Shown here piece after piece: positions 12,560 through 24,745 of a stretch of 64,000 nt of DNA (positions are counted from its first letter, which is position 1; each line of letters starts with the position of its first letter). The notes beneath the pieces were generated by a model. It was not told the DNA's origin and did not search any database. It saw only the letters and a list, made by a program, of their open reading frames with translations. The position numbers were made by a program, and so were the translations under genes. Source of the stretch: Mytilus californianus. Its lineage: Eukaryota. The DNA lies in assembly GCF_021869535.1 (NCBI RefSeq), contig NW_026262745.1, forward strand, positions 9,238,001 through 9,302,000, given 5' to 3'.

Positions 12560-14412
12560 TTTTTAGCTCACCGTTCCGAAGAGGAACGGTGAGCTTTAGC
12601 CATCACTTGGCGTCCGTCGTCGTCGTCCGTCTGGTGTAAACTATTTCAAACATCTCCTCTGAAACCACTGAACCAATTCCAACCAAACTTACCTGAATGA
12701 TCCTTAGGGTATCTAGAATAAATTTTGTGTTTTATTTTCTGTTTCGTCAAAAAACATGGCCGCCATGGCTAAAAATAGGACATAGGGGTAAAATGCAGTT
12801 TTTGGCTTATATCTAAAAAACCAAAGCAGCTAGAGCAAATTTGACAAGGGATAAAAGTGTTCATAAGGTAAAGTTCTATCAGCCCTGAAATTTTAAGATG
12901 AATCTAATAACCCATTGTTGGGTTGCTGCCACTAAATTGGTAATTTTAAGGAAATTTTGCAGTTTTTGGTTATTATCTTGGAAAGTATCAATGATAAAGA
13001 TAAACTGTAAACAGCAAATATGTTCAGCAAAGTAAGATCTACAAATAAGTTTTATATGACCAAAATTGTCAATCGACCCCTTAAAGAGTTATTGCCCTTT
13101 AAGGACAATTTTACACAATTTGTTGATCATGTTTTCAAACTTTAAAAAAATCTTCTCCTCTGAAACCACTGAATCAATTCCAACCAAACTTAAGCTGAAT
13201 GATTTTTAGGGTATCTAGAATAAAGTTTGTGTTTTATTTTCTGTTTCATCAAAAAACATGGCCGCCATGGCTAAAAATAGAACATAGGGATAAAATGCAT
13301 TTTTTGGCTTATATCTAAAAAACCAAAGGAGTTAGAACAAATCTGACATGGGGTAAACATTAGGTGAACTTCTATCAGCCTTGAAATTTTCAGATGAATA
13401 TAATAACCCATTGTTGGGTTGCTGCCACTAAATTGGTAATTTTAAGGAAATTTTGCAGTTTTTGGTTATTGTCCTAAATAGTATTAATGATAAATATAAT
13501 CTGTAAACAGCAAATATGTTCAGCAAAGTAAGATCTATAAATAAGTTTATATGACCAAAATTGTCAATTGACCCCTTAAGGACTATTGCCCTTTGAGGAC
13601 AATTTTACACAATTTGTTTATCATGTTTTCTAACTTTAAAAAATCTTCTCCTCTGAAACCACTGAACCAATTCCAACCAAACTTAAGATGAATGATCCTT
13701 AGGGTATCTAGAATAAAGTTAGCGTTTTATTTTCTGTTTCGTCAAAAAACATGGCCACCATGGCTAAAAATAGAACATAGGGGTAAAATGCAGTCTTTGG
13801 CTTATATCTAAAAACCAAAGGAGATAGAACAAATCTGACATGGGGTAAACATTAGGTGAAGTTCTATCAGCCTTGAAATTTTCAGATGAATCTAATAACC
13901 CATTGTTGGGTTGCTGCCACTAAATTGGTAATTTTAAGGAAATTTTGCAGTTTTTGGTTATTGTTCTTAATAGTATTAATGATAAATATAATCTGTAAAC
14001 AGCAAATATGTTCAGCAAAGTAAGATCTACAAATAAGTTTATATGACCAAAATTTTTAATTGACCCCTTAAGGACTATTGCCCTTTGAGGACAATTTTAC
14101 ACAATTTGTTTATTATGTTTTCTAACTTTAAAAAATCTTCTCCTTTGAAATTGCTGAATCAATTTCAGCCAAACTTGGGCTGAATGAGTTTCAGAGTGTC
14201 AAGTATAAATTTTGTATTTTATTTTCTTGTTCGTCAAGAAACATAGCCACTATGGGTAAAATGCATTTCTTTGCTTTTGGGGAAAATATGACAGATACAA
14301 AGAACATGTCAATGGAATTTTTAAGCCCCTCATTAATATATATTAAAAAGCAGAACTAATCGTTGATGAAAGATTTAAGCAAAAAATTACAGGCTCTTGA
14401 GAGCCTCTTGTT
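12560..14412 (+). mobile_element. HINE-like element, family D, with ~495-bp internal tandem units
   Basis: 5' perfect palindrome AGCTCACCGTTCC-gaaga-GGAACGGTGAGCT, GTC microsatellite, unit anchors at 12661/13162/13655/14147, 3' hairpin AGGCTC-ttga-GAGCCT. Confidence 0.8.
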
Positions 14413-15269
14413 TTGTTTTATTATATAACGGTATAAAAATATTTCAGTGCTTTGTGATGCAGTATTTAGCAGACACTTACTATTCAGAATGACATATATT
14501 GAACAAAGTGTATTTTCAACTTTCAGGAAATATATTTAAGAAGAAAAGCTGTCTAAATCTTTACGTCACAAAAAAAAGAAGAAATAAAAATTCAGACCAC
14601 CTTACAGATAATGTCTTCTACTATCTTCAGATATGATGTGTCGATCTCGTGTTATGTCTCCTGTACAAACACGATGTGTTGACTATGGATATAATTATGA
14701 GTATACTCTGGACTTCTCTCAGACGGCAATAAAACGATGTTTTAGGAGTCGTCCGTTTTGATGTGCAGGATGTAAAAGTACGCAAACATGCCGGGTAGGA
14801 AATAGGAACGTTATATCTTATGGATCGTGTGGGGAAAGTACCAAGCTCTCTGTACGTTATTAAAGAATAATTGCGAAATCTCTTTGTGGGGTCTGTAGAT
14901 GGCCTGTTTCAATCAAAATTTCTTATCATATCCAACAACTAAGTTCCCAGTGGCATTCGGAACTAAAAACACCCTTAATTTCCAATGACAGTCGAAATTC
15001 TCGCCCTTCATCCGGTAGACCGACTTTGCAGAACCTAACTTTGCAATCTTCGTTAATTTGTTTTCTTCCTGAATATGCATGACATACTTGTAACTGAACG
15101 TTAATACGTCGGTCAATTAATAAATATCCGTTAAAGTTTCAAGAAAAAAGTTGGCTCATAGAAACTGTTCTTTCTGTTTGTAGTCCTTACAAATTTCTAA
15201 TTACGAAGATAATAGGAAAATCAAAAGGAAAGGAAATTTACATAAAATAGACATATATAAAAAATAAGG

Positions 15270-15590
15270 AGAGGTGGAATGATTGCAAATGAGACAACAA
15301 TCCACCAGAGTTAACTGAATGAAGTAAATTTAAGAAATTATAGGCACTATACGACCTTCAACAATGAGAAAAATGAAAAATGTGAAATAATTCAAACGAG
15401 AAAACTAACGGCCTAATTTATATCAAAACAATTTGTGTTTTTTGTCACATCACAGACAAGAACCAACCACAACCACTCAACTACAGGTTCCTGATTTGAG
15501 ACAGGCTCATAAACATGTTTGTGAGCGCTCAGCCCTCCCTAACCTGGGACAGTGGTGTAACAACACAACATAAGAACAACAAAACAATGG
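15270..15590 (+). repeat. Abundant interspersed repeat (GATGTGGTATGATTGCCAATGAGACAAC family)
   Basis: Same motifs recur near 40, 255, 22820, 25840-26010, 34290, 40850-40980, 41250, 43570, 49370, 52730 and 58660. Confidence 0.65.
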
Positions 15591-16659
15591 AAAGTTGCTA
15601 CAAAGAAAAAAATGTTTATTTTATTGGTCATGGCCTACTTGTGCCCAGGAGAGAAAAAAAATATGAACATCAAAATTGATGGTGATGGTGGTGTGGGCAT
15701 CGAAGAATCAAAAAGTAATGTCAAGTAATGTCTGTTGAAGTGATTCTTGTTTCAGGCTATGGATGAGACGTCATAGAATATTCTTGATAAAACTGGGAAT
15801 GAATCAGGAAAGCGTAGAACTAGACTTAGGTCAGAAGAAACTGATATGCAATCTATAGCCTGAAATGTCGACCATTCTTTCTCTTCTGCTGCTTCGGATT
15901 TTGAGAAATTAAAATGTTTAGTTTTTAGCAATATAATGTTACGCACTGAGGTAATAAACGAAAACGGAGAAAACGATTAAAACAAGTTATAATTGGTTTA
16001 TTTTACTTCTGTCACGTCCGAGTCGTAATAGTACACCATTGTACTACATACTCTATATCTACAAATATATACAACTAACATATGTCGTAGTTGATTCCAT
16101 TTTGAATCAATAGAACATTTAAATTTGAATATATAGGTGTGTGTTTCACCAGACACGGACATTGAAATCATTGACTTACAACTTTCAACACGGAAGTACA
16201 ATGCTTTATTTCGTGCCATTCTATTACCAGTAATACTGATGATTGCAGATGTATTAGTTAGTTAATTTATGTTTGTAAGTACCATTTTATTTATACCATT
16301 TGACAATTTCTGGCTTTACCTTTAAAACATCAAGACACGCATAGTATTAATGAAACATGTTTTGTTTACTTAATAAGGAATGAGGATTTTCATTATTGAT
16401 ACGTAGACTGGGGTTTCAGGAAGGACCAGAATTTACTCCAAGACTATTACGATATTGAAGATAACATTGGTACTGGAGTATCCAGTTTCTTTATTGGTGT
16501 GATCTGTTGTATTGTTCAATATTTGTTTTGTTTTTTTCTGATCATTTGTGTTATACTTTTTACTGATGTATTTCAAGAATAAACTCATGTTCCTATTGTT
16601 AACATACTTATAATTGCTTAACCAAATATCCCATTTCTGTTTCAGATGTAAATCAGACT

Positions 16660-16692
16660 ATGTCATTGAAGATGGCATCCTCAGCATCTGTT
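16660..16692 (+). CDS. HSPA12: Putative first coding micro-exon of copy 2 (MSLKMASSASV)
   Basis: Acceptor TTTCTGTTTCAG at 16644-45, ATG, phase-0 GTAAGT donor; parallels the micro-exons of copies 4 and 5. Confidence 0.5.
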
Positions 16693-17314
16693 GTAAGTGT
16701 ATCAATTTTAACAGCCAATATTTTTATTTCACAATATTGAGCTATTTTTGCCACTGTATACGTGTCACCTATGTCCGTCGTTCCGTCATTCTGAAATTAA
16801 AGAGTTGTTTGAACTTTTCTTGTGTCTGCGTCTAAAGGTATTTGATTTACTTTTTGTACATCAATGTGTAATGATGACTTACAAAACTCAATTGAGTTTC
16901 CCTTTTTGTAGAATGACTTTTGGGGGAATTAACTCTTTTTGGATCGTGAAAAAATACTTTGCTGACTTTTTTGTCATGGAAAATATACAGCAGATATTTG
17001 GGACATTGGTATATCATAATGACCATATACATGATATAAACAGTGCATTTTTCGTTCCGACATATTTTTTACAGCGGATGCCCATCCGGGCATTCCGGTG
17101 TTAAGTTGCCACAGACATTTCTACCCACGTGACTTGCGTTTTTGACTGATAACCGAATGTATTTCGTATAATTACACAGATATTATCGAGTGCGAAATAA
17201 CATTCCTTATCGCTTGTTATATATTGATTTCATCAATAAATATTCATGAAAATAATTTTTAAGAACATAGATAAATGATATGAAAATGTTTTGTCGTGAG
17301 AAATATATATATAC

Positions 17315-18069
17315 TGTGACGAAAAAGTTTAGTATGGTACTTGAACTAAAGTGTGTATTCTTGTGGTTGTGTTGTGTTGTTGGGTGTCTAAGTTTCACTC
17401 GTACACGGACGACAAATGCCAAGTATACTCTTTAACAGGGTTACCCTTGAAATCTACTGGTAGCGTGATTAAGGGAATCCTGGTCACATAAATAAACAAA
17501 TGAATCCTGGTGTAGTCTGAACGAAGTCTTGCAAGTGAACATAAACACGAAGTCGAATAAAAGTTCAATACTGTATTATTAAAATCATAAGACTATAACA
17601 AAGTTACAAGTATAACACAATGTACATCTAACTTCAGGCTCAACAATACGGTTCTCCTCTCTACTCTACAAACGTAACGGTAACTGTCCTCTCCTCACTA
17701 TATAAATTCTCTCTCCTCCTTATTCCACGCTCTTTCTCTCTTTTATATGACTCCTACAAGCCCGTATACAAATATAGATTACTAGGGCAACCGGGCACCG
17801 TGTAGTCCGTGCTCCTGAAGTCCGGGTGCTCCGGGTGCTCCGGTGATCCGGGCTCCTAGTGTTCCGTGCTCCTTACATAAATTTACTAGATCACCATATG
17901 CAAATCATTAGGGCTCACTAGTCAAACAAAGAAATCTAAATATAACTCCTAATTAATATAATCTCTGATGATCTCTAACTGTATTAAATGGCTATGGGTG
18001 AAAATACAGATGTATGTAAACCTGATACAATCAGATAACACGCTTGACCTAACATATAAAAATGTTACA
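17315..18069. mobile_element. Solo-LTR-like insertion (Ty3/Gypsy type), 755 bp
   Basis: TGTGAC...GTTACA termini, ATAC 4-bp direct repeat at 17311-14 and 18070-73, absent from the homologous element at ~60960-61000. Confidence 0.65.
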
Positions 18070-18234
18070 ATACCAATAACAAATCAAGAATACCGAAAAT
18101 TTGTGTTAACGCATGCGGAAGAATTATATCTCAAGAACGTTTTGCAACAAACGCGGGAAAATATGAATGCCTACTCAAATCATATCTATTAGAAAAACGA
18201 ATTATTACAGAAGAGTGTCCACCATGCACTTGCA

Positions 18235-19158
18235 TAGTCCGAGATTACTCTGACGTCCAACGGCTGTTTTGCCAGACAAGCTGGGGCCGTGGGACGTCAG
18301 AGCTCGTCCCATATCAAAAAGTGGATATTTGCCCGTCCAAAATAGATGCGCTGCTTCGTCGCTTCTGGTGCCAACGGACGGCCTTGGAATTATATAAATC
18401 GGGTATCAATTTGTTCATTTTTCATTTATCTCTTCATTTATGTAAGTTTCACCTACCTGCCATCCTTTATTTTCTCATATTTAGACAGTTTTCACAGTGA
18501 CCCACCGATTCTGGCATTTTGACTTACATTTTGAAAGATTGTCATGTGATCACGAGAAAAAAGTAAGGCACAATGGACTATGGGAAATGATGTATGCATA
18601 TGACCCTAGGTCAATATGAATATATAATCTAACACATCGCTCATTTATGATGCTAGCAATGTAAATATCCGAGAGCTTCCGAATGTTATCGTGGTTGGCA
18701 CTAAATGCTTAATACCGATCTCCTGTAAAGGAGGTGAAAAATCGTGGTTTGCCACTAAATGTTAAATATCGATCTCCTATAAAGGAGGTGAAAAAAGTAT
18801 AAATATTTGCATATTTGAGTCTCGAGGTCGCAAAATCTCTCGTAACTTGACGTCCATTTGAAAATAAAAGTAAAAATGTCTGAATCGATGGGTCACTGTG
18901 AAAACTGTCTAAATATGAGAAAATAAAGGGTGGCAGGTAGGCGAAACTTACATAAATGAAGAGATAAATGAAAAATGAACAAATTGATACCCGATTTATA
19001 TAATTCCAAGGCCGTCCGTTGGCACCAGAAGCGACGAAGCAGCGCATCTATTTTAGACGGGCAAATATCCACTTTTTGATATGGGACGAGCTCTGACGTC
19101 CCACGGCCCCAGCTTGTCTGGCAAAACAGCCGTTGGACGTCAGAGTAATCTCGGACTA
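18235..19158. mobile_element. 924-bp non-autonomous DNA transposon with ~277-bp TIRs and 9-bp TSD
   Basis: TIRs 18235-18511 and 18882-19158, termini TAGTCCGAG...CTCGGACTA, TSD GCACTTGCA at 18226-34 and 19159-67, empty site near 61125. Confidence 0.9.
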
Positions 19159-19872
19159 GCACTTGCACTGCGCTATATCGTTAGAATAGTAGAATAGAAT
19201 GATATACAAATGGATGAAAATTATATATAACTGTTATATAAATATAAATATAATATATAACAACAAACCAGAGTATACTGATAACCTGAGACTACTATAA
19301 CACATATGTGTTATAGTAGTCTCAGTGATAACAAATGATTATATCACTTCAATATAATAGTTATTACGGTGAGGTTGAATTCCTTGTCATTTATTCATCA
19401 TCCACACACGAACTTGTCTCAGAAAATAATATATCTATGTACCTTAACCTAACTTTCAGTTATAGAGATGTGTTTTTTTTTCTGAGACAAGTGCTTGTGA
19501 ACATCCACCAGAACATGCGGTCATCCGATGATCAGTACTTCAGTACTTTGATTTGAGATATGGCTGTAGGTGATGGCATTCGTGTGACACATCCGGTTTT
19601 ACCTAATAATTGTTTTCGTTAACTTTGATCTGTCAATGTTAACAATACTTTCTGACGTTTCTACATCTTTCTTTAATTTTTCGACTTTAAATCTTAAAGA
19701 AATATTTTGTAAACACATGTAAACAAATGGAGTAGTATTAGTATTTAGAGTTTGTTATGCAGCACATAGTATGATCAGTTTATTATTCTAAGTTTTGCTG
19801 TGATTTTTGGGAAAATATTCTTTTCAATTAAGTATATTCTGTCCAAATAAGCCAAAGATTTTTATAATGTAG

Positions 19873-20183
19873 AAACCCGTTGTTGCTGCCATCGATTTCG
19901 GAACCACGTTTTCTGGATAATTTTTTATGCTTACTCTAGTAAAGACGATTATGACAAATACCTTCAAAGGAAAACGGAACAACCGAAAATAAATTGTCCT
20001 GCATGGTCGGCTGGTGGATGGATGACCTACAAAGCACCAACTTGTGTGTTATTTCGTCCAAACCAAAAGTTCCAAAGTTTCGGATACGAGGCACGTGATT
20101 ATTACAAGAATAACCCTAATAAAGAAGATTTAACCAAATGGTTTTATTTTGAACACTTCAAGATGATGTTATACAAAGAGAAG
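19873..20183 (+). pseudogene. HSPA12: Copy 2 exon with IDFGTT phosphate-1 motif, disrupted
   Basis: KPVVAAIDFGTTFSG* then frame shift to AYSSKDDY...FEHFKMMLYKEK; donor is GCAAGT. Confidence 0.85.
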
Positions 20184-20913
20184 GCAAGTTTCTGTTTAAC
20201 GAAAATATTTAATTATTCAAACATTTCTTTTTGACTAAGGATCCTTACTGATGTAGGTTACGAGTGTACTGTTGCTGTCAAATCATTGCATCTCGGTTAT
20301 GTTTGGGAATCTCGTTAGTTCTCTTAACCTTAAATATATATATAATATTACATACTTTTTTAATTTTGTATTAAAATTCTGTGCAACATACTCTTTATAT
20401 TGCTTATAATTTTGACTCTCTGTGCTCTTTCATATTGCATATCTATTATGATGTAGGACGACATAATATAATACAGGTTGTAAATAACAGTTGCTAAGTA
20501 ACTGCCAGAGTATTTGTTCATACCTGTGATTCTGATGCCTGTAATACCTGTTGAAAAGTTTGATCGTTACTGATTTTGTAACGTTTCTTTTATTATTCCT
20601 CTTATCAAGATTATGTGGGGACAGTTAAAATCTTAACACACTAACTTAACCCCACTACATTGTTATCTGCGAGTTCTAAGGTAGAAACGATACCAGTGGG
20701 TTGTCTTTCGTTATATCGGAATGTTCTTTTTTAATCTTTAGGGTATTTTATTAATTATCGGTTAAATTTTTCACATTTTTTCTACGCTCGGAGCGATTAA
20801 GACCATGACTATATAATCGACAATTGTTCTTTGATCTTAACCATTTACGATTATTGATAGTTTTTATGGTGTTCGGTCGCTCTCTTTGTTAAGTATTAAG
20901 AACATTAAGCATC

Positions 20914-21070
20914 AACATCGAACCTCCCGGGGAAAAACAAACATCGAACCCCCCGGGGAAAAACAAACATCGAACCTCCCGGGGAAAAACAAACATCGAA
21001 CCCCCCGGGGAAAAACAAACATCGAACCCCCCGGGGAAAAACAAACATCGAACCTCCCGGGGAAAAACAA
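20914..21070. repeat. 26-bp minisatellite x6 (AACATCGAACC[T/C]CCCGGGGAAAAACA)
   Basis: Six adjacent units with no spacers. Confidence 0.9.
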
Positions 21071-21330
21071 ACAAACTCGTTGTACAAACAAAACGACAAC
21101 GAACACACGGTTAAGATAACCTGACTTGGTACTTGCACATCATTTAGTTGGGTCAAACCAGTGTCACGTGGGTACAAACCTGTACCATTACTTATCTATA
21201 CAATATGTCATAGATTTAACAAAAAGTACCTGCACAGTGCTTCCAACTAGATGACCAATAACTTGAAGAAGGAAATAAAACGGCACGTGATTTGGTGTTT
21301 AAATAATTTTTATAGTTTTGTTGATTTCAG

Positions 21331-21630
21331 GACGAATTGTCGAAAGATACATGGCTTGTAGAATCTATCAATGTAGAAGGTAATTCGGCCAAGAAAATGA
21401 AAGCAGTCGATGTTTTTGCAGCCGTTATTGAGTTCTTCAAAGGACACTTTCTTAAAGCTTTACAAGTGAGTCACGGAGATTGTGTTATTAATCAGACTGG
21501 AGGTCTAGGTGACAGCTCTTCCAAGACAAAAACTAGAAAATTCTGTAATGATGATGTTCACTGGGTACTCACCGTACCGGCTATTTTGGACCTAAAAGCA
21601 AAACAGTTCATGCGCGATGCTGCTGAAAAG
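21331..21630 (+). pseudogene. HSPA12: Copy 2 TVPA exon (open, 18-codon longer than copy 1)
   Basis: 300 nt, AG/GT, DELSKDTW...TVPAILDLKAKQFMRDAAEK. Confidence 0.85.
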
Positions 21631-22819
21631 GTACGTTTTATGGTTAAAGGACAATGCGTTTATTTTGTATACTTTATTCAATGGGAAAAAAAAATAAACG
21701 ATTTCCGTGCAGCCAACATGAATTTCTGGAATAAAAATTCTTTTTCTAGTACATAATAGAACCGAGATTTTAAAGCCAAAAAATACCAAAAAGGTCCGCA
21801 ACATTCTGTAACAGCTGCCTAATGCAAATATTGTCCGAGGGAGTTGTAAGCCTCCAAAGAGAATGTTGTCTTATAATAGAAAAATTAACAGGAACAATTA
21901 GTCGAATAATTGTATTTGTGAAACTATACAGTTATAATTCATTAGTGTGTATGCTAGGTATAGCTGTTCATCATATACTGTGTTAAAACCAAAGAGCTCT
22001 AGGACACAGGACACAGTGCATGCAATGTTGCCAATTTTCAATCCATGTTTAAAGTCTTGTAAAAAAAAATCTGCCTTTCGGAAGCCAAGTACCACTAAAA
22101 TATCCCCTGGTTTTCTGGAAATCTTAAATAGTAAACTATGAAGCGCATTAATCCTCAATTTTTTTAATGCAAACTCATAGAAAGTAAATTTTGGCTCAAA
22201 ATGGTCTAAATATACTTCTCTGTTACCAAAAGTTTCATTTCTGCAAATGTGTTGCAAGGTTAGTTTAAGTAAACAATGAAATCAAAAGCACTATTTTTGT
22301 CCTAGTCGGGCTTCTTTTATGTTCTACGTTCTAAATTTAAAGGAGTGAATTGGTGGTCTGACACCTACTGACATCATACACCATGTACTGTATTACAACA
22401 CTAGATATGGCAGACGAGAAAAGATATAACTCGACTTCCGAAGGTTATAGCTTTATAGCCTAGTTGGCCTAGAGATGTAGGGCACTGTTCAAAGTGCAGG
22501 CGTGTTGTCAGGCTCTCACAGAAGCAGGGGTTCGAAAACCACTGAAGGAAGAAAACTATTTTGCAAACGCAAATTTGCAGATCTAACATTGTTGGGCTCA
22601 ATTTCAGGCGAAGTAATATATATAAATTATGGTGTAAGCCCTGTATAACCCTGAGAACGTCAGTCGTGTAAAGTTGTCATTTATTAAAGATAGCTTATGT
22701 TTTGTAAAGCATTTCCTATTCGGCATTGTCTAGGATTGTAACACATGTACAGCACATGATTTATAGTGAAAAGTACACGGTAAACCTTGTAGATCAGCTG
22801 TTTTTGTTTGTCATAGATA

Positions 22820-23760
22820 TAAGAAGATGTGGTAGGAGTGACAATGAGACAACTCTCCATCCAAGTCACAATTTGTAAAAGTAAACCATTATAGGTCAAA
22901 GTACGGTCTTCAACACGGAGCCTTGGCTCACACCGAACAGCAAGCTATAAAGGGCTCCCAAAATTACTAGTGTAAAGCCATTCAAACGGGAAAACCAACG
23001 GTCTAATCTATATAAAAAACGAGAAACGAGAAACACTAATGAACCACATCAACAAACGACAGCTACTGAACATCAGATTCCTGACTTAAGACAGGTGCAA
23101 ACAAATGCAGCGGGTGTAAACGTTTTAATAGGTACCAACCTTCACCCTTATCTGAAACAATAGTGTAAAATCACAACATAGAAAGACACACTATAAAATA
23201 TCAATTGAAATGGCTTAACTCAATCAAAAGACATATTAACACAAGTGAACATACACTGAACGAATAAATTTGATCTATGACACAATGTAAATACAAAATC
23301 AATAAAATAAGGGGTTATATGTTAAACAATTTCAGAAAAATAGCCATAACCTTGAACAAAATGCCGCCAAATAGAATAATGTACACAGGTAAATGAAAAT
23401 AATTTTGTTGGAAGGTATACAGTATAAATGGAGAACGGAAATATTTTTTACATAGTATGAGAACAGAAGTGAAAATGTATAGCCATACCAAACACATCAA
23501 AGCTGGTATATATTGAAAATAGAGAGACGAGATATAACATTAAACAAATAAACATTAAATAATAAGAAAGCATTACAGATTGTATCAACAGGTCAAATTA
23601 ACAAGAAAGTACGATTTGAGAGTATTCGCAGTTACTGAATGCTAGTTAAATTAAAAGCCAAAAACAATTAATAATAAAAAAATCATGCATCAGAGACTAA
23701 AATCAACTAAAACACATAGGGATTTAGTATTTTAACGTCATGGACAGTCAAAGAAGACAT
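22820..23760. repeat. Long copy of the abundant interspersed repeat, next to the Penelope-like RT 3' end
   Basis: Reverse-complement match to 33268-34047; partial match to 43560-44040. Confidence 0.75.
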
Positions 23761-23899
23761 GACGTGCAATGCCAAAAATAAAAGTATCGACAGGCAGTAG
23801 GATAGTTAGGAGTTAAACTCTATATAGAAAAAATGAACGTGGATGTGAATTTATAATACATCCCGTTTGAAAAGAATACAAATTTAGTTATGTTTTAAT

Positions 23900-24745
23900 T
23901 TGCTAATGACAAAATCGATATTTGTGCCAATGTAAAATATATTCAAAGATCTAATTACAACATTGGTAAGATAACCTTTACTAATAAGTTTGTTTAAAGG
24001 TTCGATGAGTTTACACGGATCACATAGTGATTTCCGCGCTTTTAGTACAATATTACCGTAAAATTAAGGATGTGAAATACCGCTTTTAATAAGTTTTCTA
24101 CAGGTACAGCCAAATTTACTAATCAAATCTTTGTATCTATGAAAGAATTTAGTAAAAGTTTTAAGTAATTTATGGTAACAAAATCCCTGACTTAATGATT
24201 TACCAGTGATGCATTGATTACGTTCGTTAAAATCTATGACATCACTACACACATGGGCATAACGAACGAGTTGGGATATATAAACACCGTATGATGGAGC
24301 CAAACGAACATCGCCGTCTAAAAAAGGAAAATTAACAATAGGGAATGAAAAATCGTCTCTTTTGTCGTAAATTTTAGTATGGAGTCCTTTAGCAATTGAA
24401 ATGTCTAAATCTAGAAAAGGACAACTACTGTTGTTTATATTAGATTTTGTTAAAGTAAGTTTCTTTTGGGTAAATTTCGGTAGTATATAACTCTGGATTA
24501 TTTAACGAAAAAATATTATCAAGATAACGGTAGGTACTGTTAAATGTATCAACCAAATGTAACAATGACGTGTCTTTACTAAGTTTGGTCATAAACTGAG
24601 ATTCATAGCAATACAGGAATAAATCTGCTATTAAAGGGGCGCAGTAAGTGCCCATAGGAATACCTACTACTTGTCGATACACTTTATCGCCGAAACGTAC
24701 ATATATGTTGTCCAGGAGAAAATTTAAGCTTCAATCATATCTTCA
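23900..24745 (-). mobile_element. 5'-truncated Penelope-like element RT fragment (possibly Naiad/Chlamys type)
   Basis: FLLDNIYVRFGDKVYRQVVGIPMGTYCAPLIADLFL, RYLDN (decayed YxDD), PSYGVYISQLVRYA; frameshifted; no GIY-YIG seen C-terminal to RT. Confidence 0.8.

Larger units (their letters stand above)
17065..19553 (+). mobile_element. HINE-like element, family E, carrying two nested insertions
   Basis: Subterminal IR (C)AGCGGATGCCC / CGGTCATCCGATG, 3' AGTACT-tc-AGTACT hairpin; uninterrupted homolog at 60727-61475. Confidence 0.7.

Noticed and set aside
18709-19168. ORFs inside the long-TIR element as a transposase
   Set aside because: Short, lie mostly in the TIR, no DDE or helicase motifs.
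20886-21177. CRISPR-like regular repeats and overlapping ORFs
   Set aside because: Units are contiguous with no unique spacers, there are no cas genes and the context is eukaryotic; it is a minisatellite.
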